The notes under the pieces are model-generated. The model searched no databases and was not told where the DNA came from. It was given only the letters and a program-made list of their open reading frames with translations. A stretch of DNA of 64,000 nt from a virus (Duplodnaviria; Caudoviricetes), in the IMG/VR virus record IMGVR_UViG_3300044535_001920, positions 603 through 64,602 of that record, one strand, 5' to 3'. Of this stretch, positions 1-8,892 are shown in pieces (position 1 is the stretch's first letter; each line of letters starts with the position of its first letter). Made by a program: the position numbers and the translations under genes.

Positions 1-2
1 TT

Positions 3-587
3 ACTTTATTTTTATTTGAAAAAGCAATTCAATATGGTATTCCAGTAAAATATGCCTCTTCGGCATCAGTGTATGGAAACCAAACAAAAGATTTAAAAAT
101 AATTAATCCATTAAATTATTATGCGATTACAAAATTGCAGATAGATTATTTTGTTCAAGATAATTTAGATAAATTTTCAAGTATTCAGGGATTTAGATAC
201 TTTAATGTTTATGGAGAAGGAGAAGACCATAAAGGAGATCAAGCAAGTCCTGTTTCAAAATTTACAAAGCAAATTCGTGAGACTGGTAAATTAAAACTCT
301 TCAGGGGATCTGATAAGTTTCTAAGAGATTTTATTTTTGTCGATGATGTAGTAGATGTGGTATTGAATAATAATTCATCATCAGGAATTTATGATCTCGG
401 AACAGGATCTCCAGTTTCATTTCAGGAAGTTGCAGAATTGGTGGTAGAAAAAGAAAAAGGGGAAATCGTATACATCGACTTCCCCGAACATCTTAAAGGT
501 AAATATCAAGATTATACTTGCTCTGATATGAAATGGATTGGTGATTATAAATTTAAGACAATTAATCAATACTTAATGTCAAATTGA
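3..587 (+). CDS. hldD: ADP-L-glycero-D-manno-heptose 6-epimerase (extended SDR), 5'-truncated by window edge
   Basis: Frame is open from base 3 (TLFLFEKAIQYGIPVKYASSASVYG). Has YxxxK (YAITK), RYFNVYG, RDFIFVDDV, YDLGTG and LKGKYQDYT motifs typical of HldD/RfaD. Confidence 0.85.
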   Translation, partial: TLFLFEKAIQYGIPVKYASSASVYGNQTKDLKIINPLNYYAITKLQIDYFVQDNLDKFSSIQGFRYFNVYGEGEDHKGDQASPVSKFTKQIRETGKLKLFRGSDKFLRDFIFVDDVVDVVLNNNSSSGIYDLGTGSPVSFQEVAELVVEKEKGEIVYIDFPEHLKGKYQDYTCSDMKWIGDYKFKTINQYLMSN

Positions 588-1348
588 CGATAATATTCTG
601 TCAATTCTTTACCAAGCACTTCTTCTGGTGGAGTGCTTGTTTTTTGTAACTTATTTCTAATTACGTGAAGATTTTCTATTCCCCAGGCAAGATCTTTTTC
701 TTCTTTGCAAGTATTTTCTATATTATCAAAATTATGCTCAAAATATTCTATATCTAAAAATTTATATATTCTAGATATAGTTTCATTTGGATTATTTACG
801 AGGTCATTATATTCTACCATATGAATATAATCTCTATTTTTTTCTAATGCTGATAGTATTCCTTCTCTTGGATTATTTACAAAATTATAAAAAATATGTT
901 CTGCTCTATTTGTTATACTTATTGGCAATCCCTTGTTTCTCAATGATTTATCTATAGAATTATTTAAAGAATTATTTTTTTCAATTAAGTTAATGAAAGA
1001 TGCAATTACCTCTGGTACTGATCTATTTGTGCATATTATCTTTGGATTATGTATTTTTTTTACTAAATCTATTGATCCAATCCAACCACGATGCTTATCT
1101 ATTATGATAGGAAAATCTTCATTTGAATGAAAAGAATTTAATATACCTAAAGTAAGATTTTTGTTTTTTTCTTCATAATTAAATGTATATTGATTATACA
1201 CTTCTTTTAGTGTTTTTTCGCAAGAAGATAAAATATCTAATAAAGGGCTGGTTTTAGTAGCAAATATTTGAGGATTCTGATTTAGCAAACAAGTAAGAAG
1301 AGTTGAACCAGATCTTTGCATTCCACTTAAAAAATATAATTGTTTCAT
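566..1348 (-). CDS. Sulfotransferase family protein
   Basis: 5'-PSB loop FLSGMQRSGSTLL; IIDKHRGW; R-S-x-P-E-V-I-A-S; YNDLVNNP. Confidence 0.8.
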   Translation of the reverse strand: MKQLYFLSGMQRSGSTLLTCLLNQNPQIFATKTSPLLDILSSCEKTLKEVYNQYTFNYEEKNKNLTLGILNSFHSNEDFPIIIDKHRGWIGSIDLVKKIHNPKIICTNRSVPEVIASFINLIEKNNSLNNSIDKSLRNKGLPISITNRAEHIFYNFVNNPREGILSALEKNRDYIHMVEYNDLVNNPNETISRIYKFLDIEYFEHNFDNIENTCKEEKDLAWGIENLHVIRNKLQKTSTPPEEVLGKELTEYYRQFDIKY

Positions 1349-1351
1349 AAA

Positions 1352-1711
1352 TTAATCACCATTAATAACTCTAATACTATCTGAATCAAAATGCTGTGTA
1401 GAAAATTCAAATAATTCTGTATCTTCAAGTGCAATCATTTGATGACGAAGACCTCTATAGATGTGATATTTGTCTCCTTTCTCTAATATTATTTCTTTTG
1501 AAGATTCCATTTTGTCCGAATCGCTATACTTTAAGAGAATTTTTCCAGAGTGCAAATAAAATGTTTCATCTTTTAACTTGTGATAATGCCAGGAACATTT
1601 TTTGCCTTTAGCAAAATAAAGAAGTTTTCCACAATACTCTTCATTATTTACAATCCATTTTTCAAATCCCCATCCTTTTGAAACAAATTTAATCTCCGAA
1701 GAATTCATCAT
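1352..1711 (-). CDS. Cupin-fold sugar isomerase-like protein
   Basis: KGWGFEKWIVN, SWHYHKLKDETFY and GLRHQM cupin metal motifs; lies inside the heptose cluster. Confidence 0.7.
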   Translation of the reverse strand: MMNSSEIKFVSKGWGFEKWIVNNEEYCGKLLYFAKGKKCSWHYHKLKDETFYLHSGKILLKYSDSDKMESSKEIILEKGDKYHIYRGLRHQMIALEDTELFEFSTQHFDSDSIRVINGD

Positions 1712-2024
1712 CTTTTATTGCCTTGTCATCAATGTATATATCTGCAGAAGGTTTTCCCAAAATTAATTCATGGTATTTACAACCCCAAATATCTAACTGC
1801 ATTTTTGTTAATGAATAAAATTTTTCTTTTGCTTTAACTGAATCATCTTTATATCTACCCATACCACGAGCAGTAAAATATTTAATTATATTTCCTTGAT
1901 CATATAATTCATTTATTTTTTTAATTCTATCTAATTTTGGAACACTTCCTTCGTATTTACAAGAAGTGCAATCTCCATTGGTACATATAGTACCATCAAT
2001 ATCAATTACATAAATTTTTGACAT
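1689..2024 (-). CDS. Small capless HAD-superfamily phosphatase
   Basis: Motif I DIDGT, motif II FTARG, motifs III/IV GKPSADIYIDDKA. Confidence 0.8.
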   Translation of the reverse strand: MSKIYVIDIDGTICTNGDCTSCKYEGSVPKLDRIKKINELYDQGNIIKYFTARGMGRYKDDSVKAKEKFYSLTKMQLDIWGCKYHELILGKPSADIYIDDKAIKDDEFFGD

Positions 2025-2766
2025 CTTCTTCAGTTAAAACATAAGTTCCTGGGTGCTGCACTGCTATTGCCGATGCTTTGTTTGCTAGTAAAATTGCATC
2101 TTCAATACTGTAATACCTTAGATAACCATATACAAGTGCTGAAAGAAAAGTATCTCCTGCACCAACTACATCATAAACATTTACCTTCTCTGCAGGATAT
2201 AATTTATTTTTGTAAATACATCCTTGAGATCCTTTTGTTGCAATTAGATTTTTTAAATGAAATTTATTACTCAAATTATTATATTCAAAATCATTTATTT
2301 TGATAAAACAATTTTTTTTGTCTGGTAGACAAGATTTTTTGCTATCAATGAATACGGGAATATCAGTGGACTCAACTATTTCAAATAGTTTATCTGCAGT
2401 TAAAAATCCTTTATTGTAATCAGATATCACAATCGCATCAAAATAATTAAAATCTATACATTCCGTTAGTGGTGAAATTTTATTTTCTTTATCAACTCTG
2501 AGTAGTTGTTGATTGGATTTTTCATCTATAAATCTTGTCTTTACTATTTTTTCTGAATTTGTTAAAAATTCAACAGTTAATCCAAATGATTTTAGATTAT
2601 AAAATACATTTTCTGCCATTCCTGCTCTTTTTTCTATTTTAGAAAAAATCATTACAGGAACAGGTGCTTCAGGACTAATCCTTTCACACCTGCCATAAAT
2701 GTATTCGTCTTCACAACTATCCCCTATCAATAATACTTTGAATGACTTTTGTTGAGGAGTATTCAT
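2002..2766 (-). CDS. hldA: Heptose-7-phosphate kinase (HldE/RfaE kinase domain, PfkB family)
   Basis: IGDSCEDEYIYG-x-CERISPEAPVPV, ISDYNKG, DVVGAGDTF, LANKASAIAVQHPGT. Confidence 0.85.
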   Translation of the reverse strand: MNTPQQKSFKVLLIGDSCEDEYIYGRCERISPEAPVPVMIFSKIEKRAGMAENVFYNLKSFGLTVEFLTNSEKIVKTRFIDEKSNQQLLRVDKENKISPLTECIDFNYFDAIVISDYNKGFLTADKLFEIVESTDIPVFIDSKKSCLPDKKNCFIKINDFEYNNLSNKFHLKNLIATKGSQGCIYKNKLYPAEKVNVYDVVGAGDTFLSALVYGYLRYYSIEDAILLANKASAIAVQHPGTYVLTEEDVKNLCN

Positions 2767-3118
2767 CTATCCTATCGAAAAACTTTAATTCTTTTGCATA
2801 CTGCGATCCTATAACTGGTTTATCTTTCCAATCAGATCCTACTACCATTATATCAGGTCTATAAAATTTGACAAGTTCTTCTAGATCTTCATCGGAATCA
2901 AATGTCCTAACTTCATCAACGTGATATAAATTTGCTAACATAAATGCACGATCTCGGAGAGAGTTAATGGGTCTTATTGGACCTTTCTTTTCTTTAACTC
3001 TCTCATCAGAATCAATTGCAACAATCAAATGATCCCCAAAAGACTTTGCATACTCAAATAATAAAAGATGCCCTGTATGCAGGACATCAAATGTCCCATT
3101 AACAAATACTTTTTTCAT
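2717..3118 (-). CDS. hldC: Heptose-1-phosphate nucleotidyltransferase (HldE/RfaE domain II)
   Basis: NGTFDVLHTGH (HxGH), DSDERVKEKKGPIRPINS, PDIMVVGSDW, YSSTKVI. Start set at MKKVFVN; 3127 is an alternative. Confidence 0.85.
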   Translation of the reverse strand: MKKVFVNGTFDVLHTGHLLLFEYAKSFGDHLIVAIDSDERVKEKKGPIRPINSLRDRAFMLANLYHVDEVRTFDSDEDLEELVKFYRPDIMVVGSDWKDKPVIGSQYAKELKFFDRIDEYSSTKVIQSIIDRG

Positions 3119-4763
3119 TTGGTACATAAATTAGTTTTTTTATTTCTGGAAGATACATATATTCAATTTCACTATTTCTTAGTGTGTTAAATGCATCATC
3201 TAATGTTTCAACGATAGTATCTCCAGCAAGATTGAATGATGTATTGAATAAAATAGGAACACCAGTTAGCTTATGAAACTCTTCAACTAATGTATAATAA
3301 TTTGGATTTTGTTTTTTCTTTAATGTTTGAATTCTACAAGTTCCATCTACGTGAGTTATTGAAGGTATAAGTTTTCTTTTATTTTCCCATACATCAACAG
3401 CATACATCATAAAAGGACTTTCCTCAAGTCTATCCATATCAAACCATTCAGTGCAATTTTCCCATAATACAGTTCCAGCAAATGGTCTCCACCATTCTCT
3501 TTGCTTAACTCTATTGACTATTTCTTTACCATTTTCCACTCTTGGATCAAAAAGTATAGATCTATTTCCTAATGCTCTTGGACCAGATTCTGACCTTCCT
3601 TGATAGATTGCAACTATATTTCCATTTGAAATTAATTCTGCAACCTCTTTTGGTTCAATAAATCTTTCGGATTCATTAGATTCCAATTCGTAATTATACT
3701 GTATTGGCTGTCCTAGATATAAAGTTTCTAGATTTAATGATTTTGGTTCTATATTGTTTTTTATACACTGATTTATATAAGTATATTTTGAAGATCCTAC
3801 TGTAATTCCATCATCAGCACAAAGAGGATCAATGTAAATATTAATATTTTTTGGTAATTTTTTTAATAATTTATAATTTGCTACACAATTCAAAAAACAT
3901 CCACCAGTTAAAACTACATTAGTTTTATTTGTTAATTCCACAGATTTTCTAACAAGATCTGTTATATAATTCTCATAATTTTGCTGTAATTTATAAGAAA
4001 GATTTGAAAGTTTTGAAAAATTTTCGTTAATATCTTTAAATGATGAAATGTAAGGATACTTCAAAAACATAGAACATACATCTTTAATATGATTAAAATT
4101 TGATAATTTGAATAATGATTCATTTGCACCCTTATTTAAAATCATTGGTTTTATTTCATGATCAAATTTACCATATGAGGACATCCCCATTACCTTTCCC
4201 TCCCCATGTGGCCATCCCATAAAATATGCAATAGCAGAATATGCCATACCACAACCTATTCTTTTTTCTTTTTGTACATATTCTGGGGAATTTTCCGGAA
4301 CTAACTCATTGTTGTAACCAACAACTGTTTTGTATATACAGTTAATATCAACTTTTGAATTGAAATCATATATACTTTCATTTTCTTTTCCATATAACTT
4401 ATCTGATCCTGCACTATCAACTACTAAACAAACTCCATCATCAAACCCAGAATTTAAAATGGAGCAGTATGCGTGTAAGTTGTGATGATACCGAGAATGG
4501 TCTATCCATTCTTTTACTTTTACTTTATTTTTTTCTAGTATTTTTTTATATGGACCAAAATATAAATTATTATTATTTAAGTAACTATAAATGCAATAAT
4601 CTATTGAATTAGTATAATTTTTTATTAAATCAATTGAATAAGATAATTCGGTATCATGCTTTATATGAGTTAATCGTTCTTCTTTTAAATGAAGAACGAT
4701 TTCATTATCTTTCAATAAACAAATTGACGCATCATGCGTAATATTTAAACCTAAAATCCACAT
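3099..4763 (-). CDS. Carbamoyltransferase (NodU/CmcH/TobZ family), copy B
   Basis: HDAS, EERL, HHNLHA, EGKVMGMSSYG, GGCFLNCVAN, GRSESGPRALGNRS, RPFA, HVDGTCRIQT, NTSFN. Confidence 0.9.
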   Translation of the reverse strand: MWILGLNITHDASICLLKDNEIVLHLKEERLTHIKHDTELSYSIDLIKNYTNSIDYCIYSYLNNNNLYFGPYKKILEKNKVKVKEWIDHSRYHHNLHAYCSILNSGFDDGVCLVVDSAGSDKLYGKENESIYDFNSKVDINCIYKTVVGYNNELVPENSPEYVQKEKRIGCGMAYSAIAYFMGWPHGEGKVMGMSSYGKFDHEIKPMILNKGANESLFKLSNFNHIKDVCSMFLKYPYISSFKDINENFSKLSNLSYKLQQNYENYITDLVRKSVELTNKTNVVLTGGCFLNCVANYKLLKKLPKNINIYIDPLCADDGITVGSSKYTYINQCIKNNIEPKSLNLETLYLGQPIQYNYELESNESERFIEPKEVAELISNGNIVAIYQGRSESGPRALGNRSILFDPRVENGKEIVNRVKQREWWRPFAGTVLWENCTEWFDMDRLEESPFMMYAVDVWENKRKLIPSITHVDGTCRIQTLKKKQNPNYYTLVEEFHKLTGVPILFNTSFNLAGDTIVETLDDAFNTLRNSEIEYMYLPEIKKLIYVPNEKSIC

Positions 4764-4764
4764 A

Positions 4765-6456
4765 TTAATTCGGAACTCTAACTATTTTTTGAATTTCGGG
4801 AAGATAGAGATATTCAATATCACTTCTTTGTAGTGTGTCAATTGCATCTACGATAGTTTCAACAAGAGGATCTCCACCCAAATTGAATGAAGTATTAAAA
4901 AGGATAGGAACTTCACTAATTTTTTCAAAGGCACTGATTAGATTATAATAGTGCTCGTTTTGTTCTTGAGTTACTGTTTGAATACGGCAGGTTCCATCAA
5001 CATGAATGACTGAAGGAATTTTCTCTTCCACTCCAGGTAAACAATCAACAGCATACATCATATGTGGTGATTCCTCACGGCCAGCAAGATCAAACCAATC
5101 ATTGACGTTTTCTTTCAGAATTGAACAAGCAAAAGGACGGAAGAACTCACGACGTTTTACTTTGTTTACAATATCCTTACCATCCTTAATAGTTGGGTCA
5201 AATAGAATAGAACGATTGCCCAGTGCTCTAGGACCACCTTCGGAACGACCTTGAAAGATGGTTACAATAGTTCCTTCCCGAATCAGTTGTGCAACTTCAT
5301 CATAAGAAGTATCGGAAACTTCTAGACCTTCTAGATAATCTTCATAGGTTTCTGGATCATATTGAGGTCCATAATAAATTGAAGTCTGAGGACTCATAGG
5401 TGCCTCCAGGTCATTCATCTTAGCATAGATGTATTTTGCAGCACCAATTGATGTTCCACCATCATGGGAAATTGGTTCGCAGTAAATGTTAAGATCTGGG
5501 AAAGTCTTCAAATACTTATAGTTGGCAACACAGTTTAGTCCATATCCACCACAAACAACAATATTTGTTTCACCAGTTTCTTCGTGTGCTTTGCGAATCA
5601 ATTCAATCATACGATTTTCAGTATCTCTTTGAACCGCATATGCCATATCTTTTTGGATTTGAGTATATTCACCTTTCTTATGATTTTTGGAATCTTCAAA
5701 TAAGACAGGGAATCTTTCATAGTTGATACGTGATCCATTGGGATAATTGGGCACAAAAACTTCACGGTTTGCCCATTTACCTCTAAACAACTCTGGAAGA
5801 TCTAAGTTTTCCTTTCCATATGGAGAAAGGCCCATAGTTTTTCCAGCATCAATACAAGAAAAACCACAATATTCAGTAATTGCCTCGTATGTTTTGGTGA
5901 GACCTGGATATTCAGTCAAGAAGTACTTTTCATCACCACCCATATCAAGAATACCAACAGGTTCTTTTGTGCCAAGATGCTTATATACAGTATCGAACTC
6001 TAAAGGATACTTTGCCTTAAATATAGTTTCAAACTCGTATGCAACACCCGGGAAAGCATCCCCCTGCAGAAAACTTCCAGCACCATCGGCAATTACACAA
6101 GCAGCAGTCTCAAATCCCGAATTCAAAAATGCACAAGAAGCGTGCAATTCATGATGAATAGTATCAATAAAGTGAGTTTGATACTCAAACTTTTTGCGAG
6201 ATATTTTTCTAATCCATCCTTGATATAAATCTTCACCAGTCCAATCCATTTCTGGACCATGACGATGGGTATGACAAACTACCAAATGATCAATGTGATC
6301 AACATACTCAAATACTTTTAATAATCCAAGAAGAGGTGTTCCGTCATGCTTCCATCTAGAAAGTCTTTCCTCTTCAACATAAAAGATTACTTTGCCATCA
6401 ATAAGCAAAGTGGTGCTAGCATTGTGTCCACGAGCACAGGAAACAATAATACTCAT
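4765..6456 (-). CDS. Carbamoyltransferase (NodU/CmcH/TobZ family), copy A
   Basis: HNAS, EEERLSR, HHELHA, DGAGS, GKTMGLSPYG, GRSEGGPRALGNRS, RPFA, HVDGTCRIQT, NTSFN. Confidence 0.9.
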   Translation of the reverse strand: MSIIVSCARGHNASTTLLIDGKVIFYVEEERLSRWKHDGTPLLGLLKVFEYVDHIDHLVVCHTHRHGPEMDWTGEDLYQGWIRKISRKKFEYQTHFIDTIHHELHASCAFLNSGFETAACVIADGAGSFLQGDAFPGVAYEFETIFKAKYPLEFDTVYKHLGTKEPVGILDMGGDEKYFLTEYPGLTKTYEAITEYCGFSCIDAGKTMGLSPYGKENLDLPELFRGKWANREVFVPNYPNGSRINYERFPVLFEDSKNHKKGEYTQIQKDMAYAVQRDTENRMIELIRKAHEETGETNIVVCGGYGLNCVANYKYLKTFPDLNIYCEPISHDGGTSIGAAKYIYAKMNDLEAPMSPQTSIYYGPQYDPETYEDYLEGLEVSDTSYDEVAQLIREGTIVTIFQGRSEGGPRALGNRSILFDPTIKDGKDIVNKVKRREFFRPFACSILKENVNDWFDLAGREESPHMMYAVDCLPGVEEKIPSVIHVDGTCRIQTVTQEQNEHYYNLISAFEKISEVPILFNTSFNLGGDPLVETIVDAIDTLQRSDIEYLYLPEIQKIVRVPN

Positions 6457-6468
6457 AATTTTACCTCC

Positions 6469-7563
6469 TCAAGATTTAATGTCGTTTATTTCTAAGATTT
6501 GTTCTATTGGTTTCTTTTTATTTGATAATTTTGGTTTTTGAAACCCATTAAAATTTGTTATTGGTAAATTTGATATGGGATTTGATTTCGCAACGTCAAA
6601 ATTACCAGATAAACCATTCAATTTTAATGATTCGTTAGTAACTTTACTTATTCCTATTTTATCTCTAATTGATTTTAATATTTCTTTAATTTTATCATCG
6701 GATAAAACCATGAGATCTTCATTATTTCTATCTCTACACTCATCAAAAGTCATTCTAATTGGACTATATTTTCTTTTGTTCTTTCCATTATCAATGACAT
6801 AAAAATTTTTTTCATTTGGGTAAGAAATATTCTCTGGGTATGTTGACCCAACTACAATTGTTGACGGTTTATTTAGTGCGTAAGAAATATGTTGACCTAC
6901 ACTATCACACCCCAGAAAATAATCGGCAGCATTTATAATTCCTGCCCATTGAGGTAAGCTAACATTTTGGGGCATTGCTATTCCGAGTTCTTGCCAATTT
7001 GGTATTTCTATCTGGGACATCAATATTACACCATAATTTTTTTTCAACTCTTCAATTATTTTAATAACATTGGCAACTTCAAAACTTCTTCCACTTGCAT
7101 CAAATATAAAATTTCTTTCTGCTTGAACACTACTTCCGAATGGTTGAAAAATAACAATCTTATCTTTTTTTGTTACTTCTCTAACTTCGTTAACGATATT
7201 ATGTCCTGTAATTTGTTCAGATTTATTTAATTCTAAATTTATTTTTTTATTTTTTGGTACATCTGTTAACTCATTAATAATAATATCAAATGCTTGGATT
7301 AAATTGCATTTTTGATTAAAGTATGCATTTAATCTATATGGTTCTGGAGATATAATTTCTTTATCTTTTAAATGCTTTTCAAAAAGATCTTTATGATTTA
7401 CTGGATAAACTTTATCTCGTAAAATTTTACTACAAGAATACAGTTCATGCCATCCCTCAGAAACAATTACAAAATCTTCGTTTTTTTCTGCGTATGATTC
7501 TAATGCTGGCATAGAACAAAGAACTCTCCCTGCACCACCATTAATAAAAAATGCCTTATTCAT
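6469..7563 (-). CDS. Glycosyltransferase family 9 (heptosyltransferase-like, GT-B)
   Basis: N-terminal GGAGRVLCSMPAL aligns with WaaC SMGDVLHTLPAL. Also IFQPFGSS and ADYFLGCDSVGQHISYALNKP (GT9 DSG-x-x-H-x-A-x-A-L motif). Confidence 0.75.
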   Translation of the reverse strand: MNKAFFINGGAGRVLCSMPALESYAEKNEDFVIVSEGWHELYSCSKILRDKVYPVNHKDLFEKHLKDKEIISPEPYRLNAYFNQKCNLIQAFDIIINELTDVPKNKKINLELNKSEQITGHNIVNEVREVTKKDKIVIFQPFGSSVQAERNFIFDASGRSFEVANVIKIIEELKKNYGVILMSQIEIPNWQELGIAMPQNVSLPQWAGIINAADYFLGCDSVGQHISYALNKPSTIVVGSTYPENISYPNEKNFYVIDNGKNKRKYSPIRMTFDECRDRNNEDLMVLSDDKIKEILKSIRDKIGISKVTNESLKLNGLSGNFDVAKSNPISNLPITNFNGFQKPKLSNKKKPIEQILEINDIKS

Positions 7564-7605
7564 TCAAGATAAATCCTCAATGGTTTATTATATCAATGTC
7601 AAAAT

Positions 7606-7613
7606 TATTTATT
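7606..7613 (-). promoter_or_regulatory. T4-type late promoter-like motif (AATAAATA) upstream of GT9
   Basis: One mismatch to TATAAATA, in the intergenic gap ~45 nt before the start; weak in an AT-rich genome. Confidence 0.4.
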
Positions 7614-7618
7614 AGTGT

Positions 7619-8182
7619 TTAATTCATCCAATATTCTGGATATTCTTTTATATTTTTATCAAAAATATCCATAATTAAATGAATTCTATTTTCTGTACTA
7701 TGATTTTCCACACTGTGAGAATTTAAATTATTAATTTCATAAATTTTTCCAACTTTCATATTTTCTCTCATATTACCAACAGTAAAAAATACATCTTGAT
7801 TTGTCTTAATTGGAATATGCAATCTATGACCTAACTCAAAGTATCTACTTCCACCATCAGTATGAGCATCAATCATACCCTTTGGTTTAAGGTTAACAAT
7901 TAACGCAGTATAATCTTTTATTTCATAAAAATTTGAAAGAACTTTTAAATATTGATCAATAAAAGGTTTATAAAAGTCAAACATTTCATAATTTACAAAT
8001 TTAAAGTTATTAAAATCCAAATTTTTTACGTGTCTCAAACGGATTGTTTCAGTAAATCTATGAACCTCATATACTTTCTGTCTAGTGGTATCAATCTTCC
8101 AATGACCTTTATCTATGGAATCTAGCAATAAATTGGATAACTCTGAATCAATATCACATAGTTCCTTAATCTCAAATGTCAT
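7619..8182 (-). CDS. Aspartyl/asparaginyl beta-hydroxylase-like 2OG-Fe(II) oxygenase
   Basis: IDAHTD (HxD), RLHIPIKTN, GKIYEINN, HSVEN, RIHLIMD. Confidence 0.8.
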   Translation of the reverse strand: MTFEIKELCDIDSELSNLLLDSIDKGHWKIDTTRQKVYEVHRFTETIRLRHVKNLDFNNFKFVNYEMFDFYKPFIDQYLKVLSNFYEIKDYTALIVNLKPKGMIDAHTDGGSRYFELGHRLHIPIKTNQDVFFTVGNMRENMKVGKIYEINNLNSHSVENHSTENRIHLIMDIFDKNIKEYPEYWMN

Positions 8183-8874
8183 AATTCATATCCAAAAAAA
8201 TTAATTTCAGTTTTAACTGCTTGAAATATTTCTTTTCCTATTTTAAACACATTATCTGGAATTTTTTTATCAAAGTTTGTAATTTTATTTTCTTTGTATT
8301 GTTTTACTGGACTACTTTCTAAATCTAGATCAAAATCCTTTATTTCTAAATCTTTAAAAATTATATTAATTTTATCTTTATCGTAAATCATATCTTCATA
8401 TTTTATTACTTTATCAGTATATGAAAAATAATTTTTATACTGTTCAAAAAAACAAGATGCAACGTGCCCACACGCACGATCTATAGAAATATCTGGTCTT
8501 AATTTTAAAATAGAAGTAACAATTTGGTATGGATTTCTTACTTGAATAATAAACTTTGAATTTTCAAAATGCTTTTTGAGCATATGTGCTCTTATAACAT
8601 TTGGGGGGGATTTCTCAACTTTAATTAAATCTTTATCCCAGTATAAATTCCAAAGATTTTTAATGGAATCCCAATCGTAATTTTTTTCTAAAGCAAAATC
8701 ATGATATCGTTCAGTAAACATGTAAGGACAGTTTAATGCAAATGGATTTGGACCAGCAAATCCTTGTATAAATTGACCCTCATCAGGCAAAGTTGTTGTG
8801 TATTTTGATTGCCTTATTTTCTCGTAAAGGATACTAGACCCAGAATTATTAACTGATAATAAAAATAAATGCAT
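8179..8874 (-). CDS. Sulfotransferase family protein (degenerate PSB loop)
   Basis: FLLSVNNSGSSIL, EKSPPN, IIQVRNPY, IKYEDM. Confidence 0.7.
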   Translation of the reverse strand: MHLFLLSVNNSGSSILYEKIRQSKYTTTLPDEGQFIQGFAGPNPFALNCPYMFTERYHDFALEKNYDWDSIKNLWNLYWDKDLIKVEKSPPNVIRAHMLKKHFENSKFIIQVRNPYQIVTSILKLRPDISIDRACGHVASCFFEQYKNYFSYTDKVIKYEDMIYDKDKINIIFKDLEIKDFDLDLESSPVKQYKENKITNFDKKIPDNVFKIGKEIFQAVKTEINFFGYEL

Positions 8875-8892
8875 AATATAAAATAGTATAAA

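Noticed and set aside
3-8874. Bacterial LPS island or chimeric host DNA
   Set aside because: Contiguous and co-oriented with phage structural genes, shares late-promoter-like motifs, and shows no integrase, att site or evident junction.
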